Assembly (NCBI GenBank): GCA_035361075.1
Contig: DAOSBX010000013.1
Location: 10,160-74,159 of the forward strand
Length of the DNA stretch: 64,000 nt
Source of the DNA: Candidatus Hydrogenedens sp.
Lineage (GTDB): Bacteria > Hydrogenedentota > Hydrogenedentia > Hydrogenedentales > Hydrogenedentaceae
Direction: 5' to 3'
The translations under genes were made by a program, and so were the position numbers. Position 1 is the stretch's first letter; every line of letters starts with the position of its first letter. The notes under the pieces are model-generated. The model had not been told where the DNA came from. It ran no database searches and saw nothing but the letters and a program-made list of their open reading frames with translations. This document shows positions 9,960 through 19,197 of the stretch, in pieces.

Positions 9960-11333
9960 ATGAACATGCCCGATGCACACACCACTACAAAGGTTCGTTT
10001 AATTCAAACAACTGCAGGCGATTGGGAGCGAGAACGATATTCACGGAAACAAAATTTTATTGAAGCCATGACTGTTATGCTCGTTATTTTATGTGCCTTG
10101 TGGCTTGTGGCTTATCCATTTGGGGTTGTTTTACAAATTAAGTCCATAAATGTATTAGTAAATCTTCTATTAGTTTTTGGGGGTGCTTATTTGCTATTAG
10201 TAGCACCTGCTGTACATAAAGACACAACACAATCGTGGGGATTGGGTAATCCAATGCAGTATTGGCGACTTGTATCTACAGGTTCTGTATACCGACGAAT
10301 AGCAATTATTGTTATCTCACTAATCGTTTTCGTTGGATTAAATATTATCAATTACCAACAATGGTACCATGTAGCACGGTTTTTCCAACTCCAGGTAATA
10401 ATTCGTTTCTTTGGTTTTCAGGTAGACGTATATAAACTTCCGACACAGTTTCCTGGTGTGATATTCGTACTTGTGTTTGGAAGTGTCATCTCATTCTTAA
10501 TCACGTTTTGTGCTATCCGATACGACAATTTTCATACTGCCTTTCGCACTGCAATGATTGTATCCCTTCCATTGTTATTTGTTATCTTTATTTCTGCGTA
10601 TATTCAACGTGGTTCGTCAGCCTTTGAGCATTTAAGCGTATCGCAATGGGCTTTGGGTGTGTTTGGGTATGTTTTTTGGGGTTTTGTCCAACAGTTGTTG
10701 TTTAGTTCCTACTTCGGCACACGATTTCGCAAAGCGTTTGCTCCTTCCACACATTCCGAAAACGTGATCACTGGAAAAAAGCAGTTAATTAAAACATTAT
10801 ATTTTGGGATATTAGGTGCTTTAGGAGCCATTGCCTTTGCTTTTATAAGTATATCCATTGCTTATGGACCAGAGGCGATTCCTTCACCGTCTATCTGGGC
10901 ACGCCTTGCTCTATGGTTGGCAGTCTTCTTTTTCCCTATGGGGCTTGTCTATGGATATTTTTATTGTAGGGATAAAAAAAGGATGTTGGTAGCGACATTA
11001 AGTGCATCATGCTTCGGAATGATTCACATCGATTCTTACGGACTGGTGGCTGCAACATGGATTTTAGGGATTGTATTAGTCTATGTTTTTATGGAAGATA
11101 GAAATCGTAATCTTGTGGCCCTGGGTTTTATCCATGGATTGTTAGGGAGCACTTTAGGTACTCTGTTTTCAAAAAGTAATGCTGGCGTTTTAGAAATTGA
11201 TTATTCTGTGGGTCCCTGGAATGTGGAAAATCCCACTTGGGGCACAATGATTATACCTGTTGTTGTTATCCTTATTTATATTACGATTTTAGTAGCGTAT
11301 TTGAAAAAAGCACCTGAAGCACACGAAGGATAA
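9960..11333 (+). CDS. Polytopic integral membrane protein (about 12 predicted TM segments), function unknown
   Basis: Hydrophobic throughout. Lies 46 nt after the Hsp70-like gene on the same strand. FGMIH and IHGLLGS faintly recall the FxxxH/HxxxN motifs of CPBP/Abi intramembrane proteases, but the EExxxR motif is absent (QQLLFSS) and spacing is atypical. Confidence 0.55.
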   Translation: MNMPDAHTTTKVRLIQTTAGDWERERYSRKQNFIEAMTVMLVILCALWLVAYPFGVVLQIKSINVLVNLLLVFGGAYLLLVAPAVHKDTTQSWGLGNPMQYWRLVSTGSVYRRIAIIVISLIVFVGLNIINYQQWYHVARFFQLQVIIRFFGFQVDVYKLPTQFPGVIFVLVFGSVISFLITFCAIRYDNFHTAFRTAMIVSLPLLFVIFISAYIQRGSSAFEHLSVSQWALGVFGYVFWGFVQQLLFSSYFGTRFRKAFAPSTHSENVITGKKQLIKTLYFGILGALGAIAFAFISISIAYGPEAIPSPSIWARLALWLAVFFFPMGLVYGYFYCRDKKRMLVATLSASCFGMIHIDSYGLVAATWILGIVLVYVFMEDRNRNLVALGFIHGLLGSTLGTLFSKSNAGVLEIDYSVGPWNVENPTWGTMIIPVVVILIYITILVAYLKKAPEAHEG

Positions 11334-11390
11334 CACCAAGCTTATCTAATTGCTCTTTTCTAACATATTTGAGATAGTCTGGAAAACTAT

Positions 11391-12170
11391 TTATTGCTTT
11401 GGCAATTCAACTGTATTTGTGTCAGTTTGCTCTTCCGCAGGTTTAATCTCTAACAGTTCTACCTCAAATTGAAGTAAGGCATTTGGTGGGATACGTTGAT
11501 TTCCATCTTTGCCATAAGCGAGATTTGGCGGGATGTAAAGCATCCATTTCGAACCTACAGGCATAAGTTGTAAGGCTTCAACCCAACCTTTAATAACACG
11601 GTTTAGAGGGAATGTTGCAGGTTCACCACGGTCATAAGAACTATCAAACTGAGTACCATCCATTAAGGTTCCTTTGTAATGAACAGTTACCGTGTCCGTT
11701 TCTTTCGGTTTCGGTCCTGTTCCTTCTTTTAAAACCTTATATTGAAGCCCACTTGGAAGAGTGACGACACCTTCCTTTGTTTTATTTTCTTCTAAAAACT
11801 TATTTGCTTCCTGCTCATTCTTCACTGCTTCTTCTTCTCGTTTCTTCATCTGGGCGTTCATTAAGTTCTGCTGGAAAGAACGGATACAATTTTGCATCTC
11901 TTCCTCAGTCATCGCTATTTCTTTGTTTTCTAAAACATCGTTGATGGCTCGAACTAACATATCTAAGTTTGGTTTTGTATCTAACATCTGGAATGTTTTT
12001 GCAACATTAACACCTAAGGTATAACAAAGTTTGTCCACATCTGTTTCAAATTTTGGCTTTTCCGATTTCGGCTCATCTTGAGCTAATACTAAACCACTGA
12101 ACAACATAGCAACACATAGAACAACACTTGAAACAATCATTAAACACTTACTTTTTTCCGACATTAACAT
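11391..12170 (-). CDS. fkpA: FKBP-type peptidyl-prolyl cis-trans isomerase (FkpA-like, periplasmic)
   Basis: Signal peptide, N-terminal dimerisation helix, C-terminal FKBP domain (GLQYKVLKEGTG...VHYKGTLMDGTQFDSSYDRGEPATFPLNRVIKGW...LAYG). Confidence 0.85.
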   Translation of the reverse strand: MLMSEKSKCLMIVSSVVLCVAMLFSGLVLAQDEPKSEKPKFETDVDKLCYTLGVNVAKTFQMLDTKPNLDMLVRAINDVLENKEIAMTEEEMQNCIRSFQQNLMNAQMKKREEEAVKNEQEANKFLEENKTKEGVVTLPSGLQYKVLKEGTGPKPKETDTVTVHYKGTLMDGTQFDSSYDRGEPATFPLNRVIKGWVEALQLMPVGSKWMLYIPPNLAYGKDGNQRIPPNALLQFEVELLEIKPAEEQTDTNTVELPKQ

Positions 12171-12543
12171 GTAGTTATCTCCTTTAAAATGGCTTATTTT
12201 TAAATTTACTGGGAAGTCTCAACCATAAACGAAACAGCCCAATTTTACATTAGCATACTCCTAATCCCATGCAGAAATCAAATCCTTCATTTTTGGGTTC
12301 ATTTTGTAATGTGTGTAATGTAAATGCTAAATAAATATTAAGAGGATAAAACGAGTTATTTCAGAATTCAAAAATAAAGGAATTACTTAACAATTTATGT
12401 GGAGTTTTAAAAAGATATATCTTCTGCTGTCACGAATATGAAATTATGAAAGTGATAAAATCAAGATGATTTGTTTTTGTGGTTTTTGTTAAACTTTATT
12501 TGGAATAGTTAGAATAATAATAAATATTAACAAGGAGTTGTTT

Positions 12544-13326
12544 ATGAGTTATCAGTTTTTAATTACTGAAAAGGTTAATTCCTGTTTTTGGATTACATTA
12601 AATCGGCCTAAGGTTAATGCTCTATCCCGTGAGTTGTTGGCTGAAATTTATCATGCGATTGAAGAAGCAGAGACAAGTCCTGATATTAAGGTTGTAATAA
12701 TTACGGGAGGAGAAAGTAAGTTTTTTGCAGCTGGGGCAGATATTCCAACCATTGCTCAGGATTTAGATGACCCGATGGGAGAAGGGAAAATGTTATCCCA
12801 AGGAATTAAAACGATGAATCGGATAGAGGCATGCTTAAAACCTGTTATTGCGGTAGTAAATGGCTTTGCATTAGGTGGTGGATGCGAACTTGCATTAGCA
12901 TGTCATATCCGTATAGCTTCGACCAATGCTAATTTTGGACAGCCAGAGATTAACTTAGGTATTATCCCTGGTTGGGGTGGAACGTTCCGATTACCACGGG
13001 TTATTGGAGAAGGAAGAGCAATGGATTTATTGTTAACAGGTAGAAGTATCACAGCAGATGAGGCTCTAAAATATGGGTTAATTACTAAATTGGTAGCCCC
13101 TGAAGAACTAAAGAAAACTGCACTGGAATTAGCAGACCTTCTTGCCAGCAAGCCTCCTGTTTGTATCCGCCAACTTATTAAGTTACAGCAAAAGCGTATA
13201 GCAGACCCTGCCCATGCTTGTGAACTTGAGAAATTAGCCTTTGAACGATGTGCCAAAACGACAGATGCTCGTGAGGGAATTGAAGCCTTCTTAAATAAGA
13301 GACAGCCTCAATATAAGGGTCGATAA
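12544..13326 (+). CDS. Enoyl-CoA hydratase/isomerase (crotonase family)
   Basis: Crotonase-fold motifs ITGGESKFFAAGADI and VNGFALGGGCELALACHIRIA. ATG at 12544 is 6 nt after AGGAG, preferred over the TTG at 12538 in the ORF track. Confidence 0.85.
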   Translation: MSYQFLITEKVNSCFWITLNRPKVNALSRELLAEIYHAIEEAETSPDIKVVIITGGESKFFAAGADIPTIAQDLDDPMGEGKMLSQGIKTMNRIEACLKPVIAVVNGFALGGGCELALACHIRIASTNANFGQPEINLGIIPGWGGTFRLPRVIGEGRAMDLLLTGRSITADEALKYGLITKLVAPEELKKTALELADLLASKPPVCIRQLIKLQQKRIADPAHACELEKLAFERCAKTTDAREGIEAFLNKRQPQYKGR

Positions 13327-13492
13327 AAAGAAGTTAAGAATATTATAATTTCATCTTTCCATTACATTATATTGCTATTTGTGCTGATTTGTGTTAGATA
13401 TAATTAAAAATACAAATTATATATAACGCTATTCTGATACGGTATTAAAATAAAATGATATATTTATAATATCTGTAAATTTATTTATTGGT

Positions 13493-13515
13493 AAGGACAT
13501 TTGTCCTTTTTGTTT
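13493..13515 (+). terminator. Rho-independent terminator after the enoyl-CoA hydratase gene
   Basis: AAGGACA tt TGTCCTT hairpin (13493-13508) followed by TTTGTTTGTT. Confidence 0.5.
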
Positions 13516-13577
13516 GTTCAGTCGATTCTTAATGATAGGTAGTGCTAAAATAGGAAAGTAAACCCTGAGACCGAAAG

Positions 13578-15959
13578 ATGAAAAATTATTATTGGAAGCT
13601 TTTTTTATACGTCAAAAAAATTTTTTTGTGCATTACCATACTTCTAATTCTAATCTACCCATTGAAAGCATATCCCTTGAAAGCAGGGTCTGCCAAGGCG
13701 GAGATTACACCTGATTTAGGTGTGCCATTAAATGGGTATGGTGCACGGTTAGGGAAAGGTGCACGTGCCGTTCATGACCCACTCTGGGTACATGTCCTTT
13801 ATTTGAATGATGACCAAACAGAGGTATTTATTGTATCGTTAGACCTTTGTGTTATTGACCGTGAACTTCGTGACCGCGTTATTGCAATGGCACCTGACAA
13901 TATTTCACCTACAAACATTATCATGACCGCAACGCATACACATAATGGCTTTGGTGGAATGTGTAAGTATTACCCAATTCGATTTGTTTCAGGAAGATAC
14001 ATACCCGAACTAATTGAACGTACTGCACGAATTATTGCCCAAACCCTTCGAGAAGCGAAAAATAACGCAAAAAATGCAGTATTAGGATATGGGACTATCC
14101 AGCAGACAGATTTAACATGTAACCGACGCTATTCAGGTGGTCCTATGGACCCTCAAGTCGGTTTTATCGTTTCGGAAGATGCAAATGGGAATGAGATTGC
14201 TATTGTAGCGAATATGGCAGGTCACCCAACGTCTATTGGTGATGAGGATTTTTTCTCCTTCTCTGCTGATTATCCAGGCTATTTTTATCGTGAAATAGAA
14301 AAATTAGCCAGTCCAGGATGTGTACCCCTATTTTTGAATGGAGCGGAAGGAAACCAAACTATTCAAGCACCAGAAAATACTTCAGGGTGGGCAAGAACAG
14401 AGAAGGTAGGTCAATTATTAGCCCAACGGATTTATGACGCTCAAAAGAGCATACCGTTTTCAGATGTAAAACTAAAATTCAATTCACAAGAAATTGATTT
14501 GCCCATGAGCATTGCTGAGTTTTTCCCAAAAAAAATAGTGTTCCAATCATTACAGATCAATGACCTCGCGATTTCTTTCTTTCCTGGTGAGCTATGTGTT
14601 GAATATGCACTTCAGTTAAGAGAACTTGCGATTATGGCAGGGTTCAAAGCCCATTTTACTGTGGGCTTGTCTAATGATTACCTTTTATATTTTGTGCCCA
14701 AGCACCTTTTATTTGACCGCACTTATGAAGCAGGGATGCATTTCTTTGGACCGCAAGCGGAACAATGGGTTATTAATTCCTGTCTTAACGTATTAGGAGC
14801 GGAGCAGTTCAAACAGCAGATAGATAACACCACTCTACCTGAGAGAGAACAGACAGATATTGGGATAAGTATCATGCGGTTAACTGGAACACCTTACCAG
14901 AGAGGACTTACACGGGGAAGATTATATAAAGAGATTGTTCAGAAACGATATGAACAACTTATTTTATCCCCAGTAAAAGAAGGCAAATATCTGCCCGAAG
15001 AAGGATTATTATCTTCCTTGCCAACTTCATGGATTGATGCAAGTAGTATTATCCTACCAGCAATGGCTATTAGCATTCGTCCATGGGCTTCTATGGTGCA
15101 TCCAGATGTAATTGAAGAGCTGACAGGTCTTTCTGACGGGACAGAAGTAGCCTTCGATAAAATATGGCTTTTACAAAATGCACTCAATATAAAAACTGCC
15201 CAGACTTATAACCCATTATTTGACACGCCTTTATGCACTGCTATCGCAGTATTTGGAGAACGCGCTGGAGCAAAAGATTTATTGATAGGGCATACAATTG
15301 ACTGGGCTGAAAGTGAAACGCCAACTGTTTTTTACCATCAACCAAACGATGGTATTAAGTTTGTAGAAGTAAGTTTCCCATGGTTTTATGGTACCTTATG
15401 TGGGATGAATGAAGCAGGAATTGTACTATCAGTCACACGTGATACGAGCAAATTGGATTTATCTGAGAAAAACCCAGGACCTGAATTTACATTGAAACAT
15501 ATCTTGTCAAAGTTAACAAACTTTGAAACTGTGATTAGTGAAGTAGAAAAAATAAAATTTCCAGCTGGGTATCACACTATCATTGCTGGTAAAAGCGCAA
15601 AAGGAAAATGGGTAGCCCAAACGTTCCCCTCACATCCTTCGGAAGATATTTCTACGGAGGCATTGAAAAATCAAGGTGTTGTATTGGGGTGTGGTTCATT
15701 AGTGTCTTCATCTGAAACTACAGTAAAGAGATATTCGATATTACTTAAGAAGGTTGAGGAGGAGCGAATTATAAGTACGGACGAATTAAAAGCCATAATG
15801 ACATTTTCTGATGAGGAGGACGTTTCACTTCCTCAGATATGGAATGAACAAAGTAGGTGCACTGTAATTTTTGAACCTACTGAAAAAAAGATATGGATAA
15901 CGATAAGAAGAGATGATGGAAAACCATCAAGTTATATATCAATGGAGTTAAACAACTAA
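13578..15959 (+). CDS. Fusion protein: N-terminal neutral/alkaline-ceramidase-like domain plus C-terminal peptidase-C45 (acyl-CoA:6-APA acyltransferase-type Ntn hydrolase) domain
   Basis: N-terminus: signal/TM then GYGARLGKGARAVHDPLWV...ATHTHNGFGG, matching the neutral ceramidase catalytic domain (ATHTHSGPGG-type motif). C-terminus: PLCTAIAVFG (candidate autoproteolytic Cys nucleophile) and GMNEAGIVLSVT, typical of the C45 family. Confidence 0.7.
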   Translation: MKNYYWKLFLYVKKIFLCITILLILIYPLKAYPLKAGSAKAEITPDLGVPLNGYGARLGKGARAVHDPLWVHVLYLNDDQTEVFIVSLDLCVIDRELRDRVIAMAPDNISPTNIIMTATHTHNGFGGMCKYYPIRFVSGRYIPELIERTARIIAQTLREAKNNAKNAVLGYGTIQQTDLTCNRRYSGGPMDPQVGFIVSEDANGNEIAIVANMAGHPTSIGDEDFFSFSADYPGYFYREIEKLASPGCVPLFLNGAEGNQTIQAPENTSGWARTEKVGQLLAQRIYDAQKSIPFSDVKLKFNSQEIDLPMSIAEFFPKKIVFQSLQINDLAISFFPGELCVEYALQLRELAIMAGFKAHFTVGLSNDYLLYFVPKHLLFDRTYEAGMHFFGPQAEQWVINSCLNVLGAEQFKQQIDNTTLPEREQTDIGISIMRLTGTPYQRGLTRGRLYKEIVQKRYEQLILSPVKEGKYLPEEGLLSSLPTSWIDASSIILPAMAISIRPWASMVHPDVIEELTGLSDGTEVAFDKIWLLQNALNIKTAQTYNPLFDTPLCTAIAVFGERAGAKDLLIGHTIDWAESETPTVFYHQPNDGIKFVEVSFPWFYGTLCGMNEAGIVLSVTRDTSKLDLSEKNPGPEFTLKHILSKLTNFETVISEVEKIKFPAGYHTIIAGKSAKGKWVAQTFPSHPSEDISTEALKNQGVVLGCGSLVSSSETTVKRYSILLKKVEEERIISTDELKAIMTFSDEEDVSLPQIWNEQSRCTVIFEPTEKKIWITIRRDDGKPSSYISMELNN

Positions 15960-15967
15960 AAACAGAT

Positions 15968-17545
15968 ATGAGCGAAACGTTACGGGTATATTCAACCCCG
16001 AAATATGGTACGCGAAGGCATAGCCGAGGAATTTTTAAGTTTTTACTTAATCTATTTATTGTGTTGATTTTACTTGCAATTATTTTAACCCTCTGGCTAT
16101 CAAGAGATTCATATCCTGCAGAAAATTTTATTCCAAAGCAGACAAATTTCCAGATTTTCAGTCCTCGATTAATGCAAAATCGGATGCTTCTCGCAAATAC
16201 GCCGTTATGGAACTTAGTTGAACCAAATTCTCCAGCTATAAAGGTAAAGCAGTTATTATCAGACCAAGAGCAGATTCCTTTATGGGTCGTCAAACATTTA
16301 ATCTATGACTTCTTCTATTTTTCTATTAATGATCTCGATACATTTAATGATTATTTAATTATCGTTCGCTTATCCAGAGTCGGCTGTGTCCTTGAAACGT
16401 TATTTACCTTATCCCACACAGTAGAAACAGATTGGGCAGGTGGGTTAAATTTAAAATTTTTACCTGACCAAAAACTTTATTACACACGAAAAGGACGAGT
16501 TCTATTATTATCTCCAAACAGGCAAACAATGATTAATTCCATTACCCAAGATATCAGAACGCAATCCGAAACAATCCTTTCTGCAGAAATCTCAAAAAAT
16601 CAGGAAAAACACCTCGCATGGGGGACAATAAAAATACCTTGGGAAAATATAAAATCTTTAATTCCCGAAGTAAAATTCTATATAGGATTAACAGAAACTC
16701 AGTTAGGTGTGAAAAGTGAAGCCACTATCCATCCTGACCCTGAAAAACCATGGACTTTATTATTAGCTCAATTAATTTCAAAACCTATTCGGGAACCGAT
16801 AGAGGGCTCATTTTCATGTGCAATTGACACAGGAGTCCCCTTAAAGACATGGATTCGGGCTTTTGAAACAATTCCTACAACAACGGATATACTTGTTCCT
16901 CCAATAGAAAAAGAAATTTCTCTATTGGATTGGATAAAAACCTTTTCTCCTTTAGTCAATAATCAGTTCTATCTTTCGCTGGATGGCTTTTATGTAGATG
17001 AAATTATCCCGTTTATGCCTAAATATTGTATAGTTGCAACAACACAGCCCAATATATGCGAAAGTTTTACCCAATCACTTACACGTATAAATGTGAACAT
17101 ATTGGGAGAAAAAAATAAAATATTGCCGACTGAGAAAGCAAATGAATTTATTTTCCCGATGTTCGGAAGTTCGCAGACAGATTTACATATTAATTGCTCA
17201 GAGAATCAACTAATCTTTTATACCAATGCGGAACTTGGAAACTTACTTACTGAGCACCTCAAATCCCAGATATCTAACCAAGAAAACAGTTCATCTTTTA
17301 TCCTCCAGTTGAAACCTGAAAAACTAATAACGGAGTTTGAAAATTCTTTACTACCATTACAAGAGTCAAACATGTTCAAATTTCGTAACCCTGAGAAAAT
17401 AAATAATCTGTTCAGTAAAATCAAGATATTCAAAGAATTTAAGATTAAAATCAACCTAAATCAGGGGCAGGTTAAGGCAATAAGTATCTTAAATTTTGGT
17501 ACTGAAGTAAGTCAAACAAATATGGAAAGTTCAAAACAAAAATAA
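15968..17545 (+). CDS. Hypothetical membrane-anchored protein (single N-terminal TM, large extracytoplasmic domain)
   Basis: 525 aa. TM helix at residues about 24-44. No recognisable motifs. Strongly AT-rich codon usage. Starts 8 nt after the ceramidase/C45 fusion gene. Confidence 0.5.
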   Translation: MSETLRVYSTPKYGTRRHSRGIFKFLLNLFIVLILLAIILTLWLSRDSYPAENFIPKQTNFQIFSPRLMQNRMLLANTPLWNLVEPNSPAIKVKQLLSDQEQIPLWVVKHLIYDFFYFSINDLDTFNDYLIIVRLSRVGCVLETLFTLSHTVETDWAGGLNLKFLPDQKLYYTRKGRVLLLSPNRQTMINSITQDIRTQSETILSAEISKNQEKHLAWGTIKIPWENIKSLIPEVKFYIGLTETQLGVKSEATIHPDPEKPWTLLLAQLISKPIREPIEGSFSCAIDTGVPLKTWIRAFETIPTTTDILVPPIEKEISLLDWIKTFSPLVNNQFYLSLDGFYVDEIIPFMPKYCIVATTQPNICESFTQSLTRINVNILGEKNKILPTEKANEFIFPMFGSSQTDLHINCSENQLIFYTNAELGNLLTEHLKSQISNQENSSSFILQLKPEKLITEFENSLLPLQESNMFKFRNPEKINNLFSKIKIFKEFKIKINLNQGQVKAISILNFGTEVSQTNMESSKQK

Positions 17546-17551
17546 CATATA

Positions 17552-17582
17552 TTGACACAATTTAGCAAGTATAAGGTATAAT
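17552..17582 (+). promoter_or_regulatory. Candidate sigma70-type promoter for the small 120-aa gene
   Basis: TTGACA (17552-17557), 19-nt spacer, TATAAT (17577-17582). AGGAG 7 nt before the GTG at 17709. Confidence 0.3.
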
Positions 17583-17708
17583 TTTAATAATAGAGATATA
17601 AAATATTGACAAAAAAACTTGATTTTTAATTTTAGATATGTTAAATTATTTAAAGACTTTATATATATCGTTAAGTATAAAATGGATTTATAGTTAAGGA
17701 GTTATGTT

Positions 17709-18071
17709 GTGAATGATGACTGTTGTTATGGTAAAGCCTTCCTATCAGTAGGTTGTAATCGTGATTTGTTTCTCTCCAATCTTTATCAATTTATCGAGTT
17801 TTCCATCGAAGACGATATCATTAATGAAATGATACAATACCTATGCGAATTTTCACCCCATCACATTAAAGTGCTTCATAAAAATATCTTGCAAAAACGT
17901 GAGATTGAGCGACATGTTTGGATTGAGTCTGAAAAGCATGGTAGAGACATGAAATACGAAGCCACCTATGAGTGGATTATAAAGTATGCCCCCATATTTA
18001 ATAATTGGTATGAACAAGAATACGGGAGTAAGTTTCGTTATTTCTCTCTTGTAGCCAGCGTTTCAAATTAA
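17709..18071 (+). CDS. Hypothetical small cytoplasmic protein (120 aa, GTG start)
   Basis: ORF with AGGAG RBS at correct spacing. Cys/His-containing N-terminal half (CCYGK...C...H.HH). No recognisable family. Confidence 0.4.
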   Translation: MNDDCCYGKAFLSVGCNRDLFLSNLYQFIEFSIEDDIINEMIQYLCEFSPHHIKVLHKNILQKREIERHVWIESEKHGRDMKYEATYEWIIKYAPIFNNWYEQEYGSKFRYFSLVASVSN

Positions 18072-18184
18072 ATTACATCCTTTAATAATACACCGACCTT
18101 CGTAATAACATGTTTCGTTAATTATGTATGCATGTTTTGTCCCTTTTGTTGTAGAATATAGGGAGGATATATAAAGGGATAGTT

Positions 18185-19129
18185 ATGACTAATTGCAACA
18201 CACGAAATACAATAATTCTCCTCGCCATATTCATATTTACATTGCACCTGTTTTTAGCGGGGGAAAACATAGTCAAAGTAAAGGTCATAGAAATTTCTGA
18301 AGGAGACCTGTTTACTGCTCAAGGTATCGATGATTCACAAGAATTCAAGATAAGAATATACGGTATAGATAGCCCTGAACAAGGCCAAAACTATTTTGAG
18401 GAGGCAAAAAAAATTCTTTCAGACCTTATAAAAGATAAAGAAGTAAACATTGATATTTTGACACAAGATAGTATCGGCAATAAGGTTGCTCATGTTCAGA
18501 CAGACGATGCTACTAATGTTGAAGAATTGATGGTTAAGGAAGGTTATGCGTGGTGGGATGAGGAGAACGCAAAAGAAGCAATTGAACTGAAAAAACTTTG
18601 TGCAGAGGCTATTCGACAGAAAAAAGGTTTATGGGCTGATATGTCTCCATTATCTCCATGGGATTATCGTAGAGGTAAAGGGTTAGCACAGATAACCTAT
18701 AAAGTGGAAAAGAAAGAAGAGAAGAAAACGGAAGAAAAAGAGGAAAAGAAGGTGCTAAAAGCCAAGGGGAATGAAGTATACAAAGGCACATTTTCTACTT
18801 CGAATGCACCCTTTGTAGATGTTTCAAAAATCAATTTTAATGAAGTAAAAGTAGACCCAAATGAATTGTTAAGCAAGCATCTGCCTACAGTGGCAAAAGA
18901 TTCGTCAGGAAATGCTATCGGCTTGGCAGTCCCAAATATTAACCAAATCCCTTATGCTAATGCTCTTGGTTTCCAAGATGGTGATATTATTTCGTCTGTG
19001 AATGGTATTCAAATAAATGACTTCTCTCAAATTATGCCAATATATGAACAGCTTAAAGGTGTGAAGGAATTATCTGTTCAGGTAATACGGAATGGAAAGC
19101 CGATAACACTTAATTTCCGCCTCCCCTAA
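18185..19129 (+). CDS. Secreted staphylococcal-nuclease (SNase/thermonuclease)-like nuclease with a C-terminal PDZ-like domain
   Basis: Signal peptide. SNase core (KVKVIEISEGDLFTAQG...IRIYGIDSPEQGQ...AKKILSDLIKDKEVNI...EELMVKEGYAWW). KE-rich linker. C-terminal GLAV...GFQDGDIISSVNGIQIND...ITLNFRL PDZ-like segment. Confidence 0.7.
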   Translation: MTNCNTRNTIILLAIFIFTLHLFLAGENIVKVKVIEISEGDLFTAQGIDDSQEFKIRIYGIDSPEQGQNYFEEAKKILSDLIKDKEVNIDILTQDSIGNKVAHVQTDDATNVEELMVKEGYAWWDEENAKEAIELKKLCAEAIRQKKGLWADMSPLSPWDYRRGKGLAQITYKVEKKEEKKTEEKEEKKVLKAKGNEVYKGTFSTSNAPFVDVSKINFNEVKVDPNELLSKHLPTVAKDSSGNAIGLAVPNINQIPYANALGFQDGDIISSVNGIQINDFSQIMPIYEQLKGVKELSVQVIRNGKPITLNFRLP

Positions 19130-19197
19130 ATTGTATCAAGGTTTACACCTGAATTTTTGCACTTATTTTTTATAAGCATCACTAAGGAATTGGGACA

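Noticed and set aside
9960-11333. Assignment of the membrane protein as a bona fide CPBP/Abi intramembrane protease
   Set aside because: EExxxR motif absent (QQLLFSS). The motif-1 to motif-2 spacing (about 108 aa) is far from the canonical about 35 aa. Only FxxxH is convincingly present. Kept as a hypothetical membrane protein.
12280-12330. Short direct repeats (gtaatgt x3) considered as a possible CRISPR or repeat array
   Set aside because: The units are only 7 nt with irregular spacing and no repeat-spacer architecture. This is just AT-rich promoter DNA.
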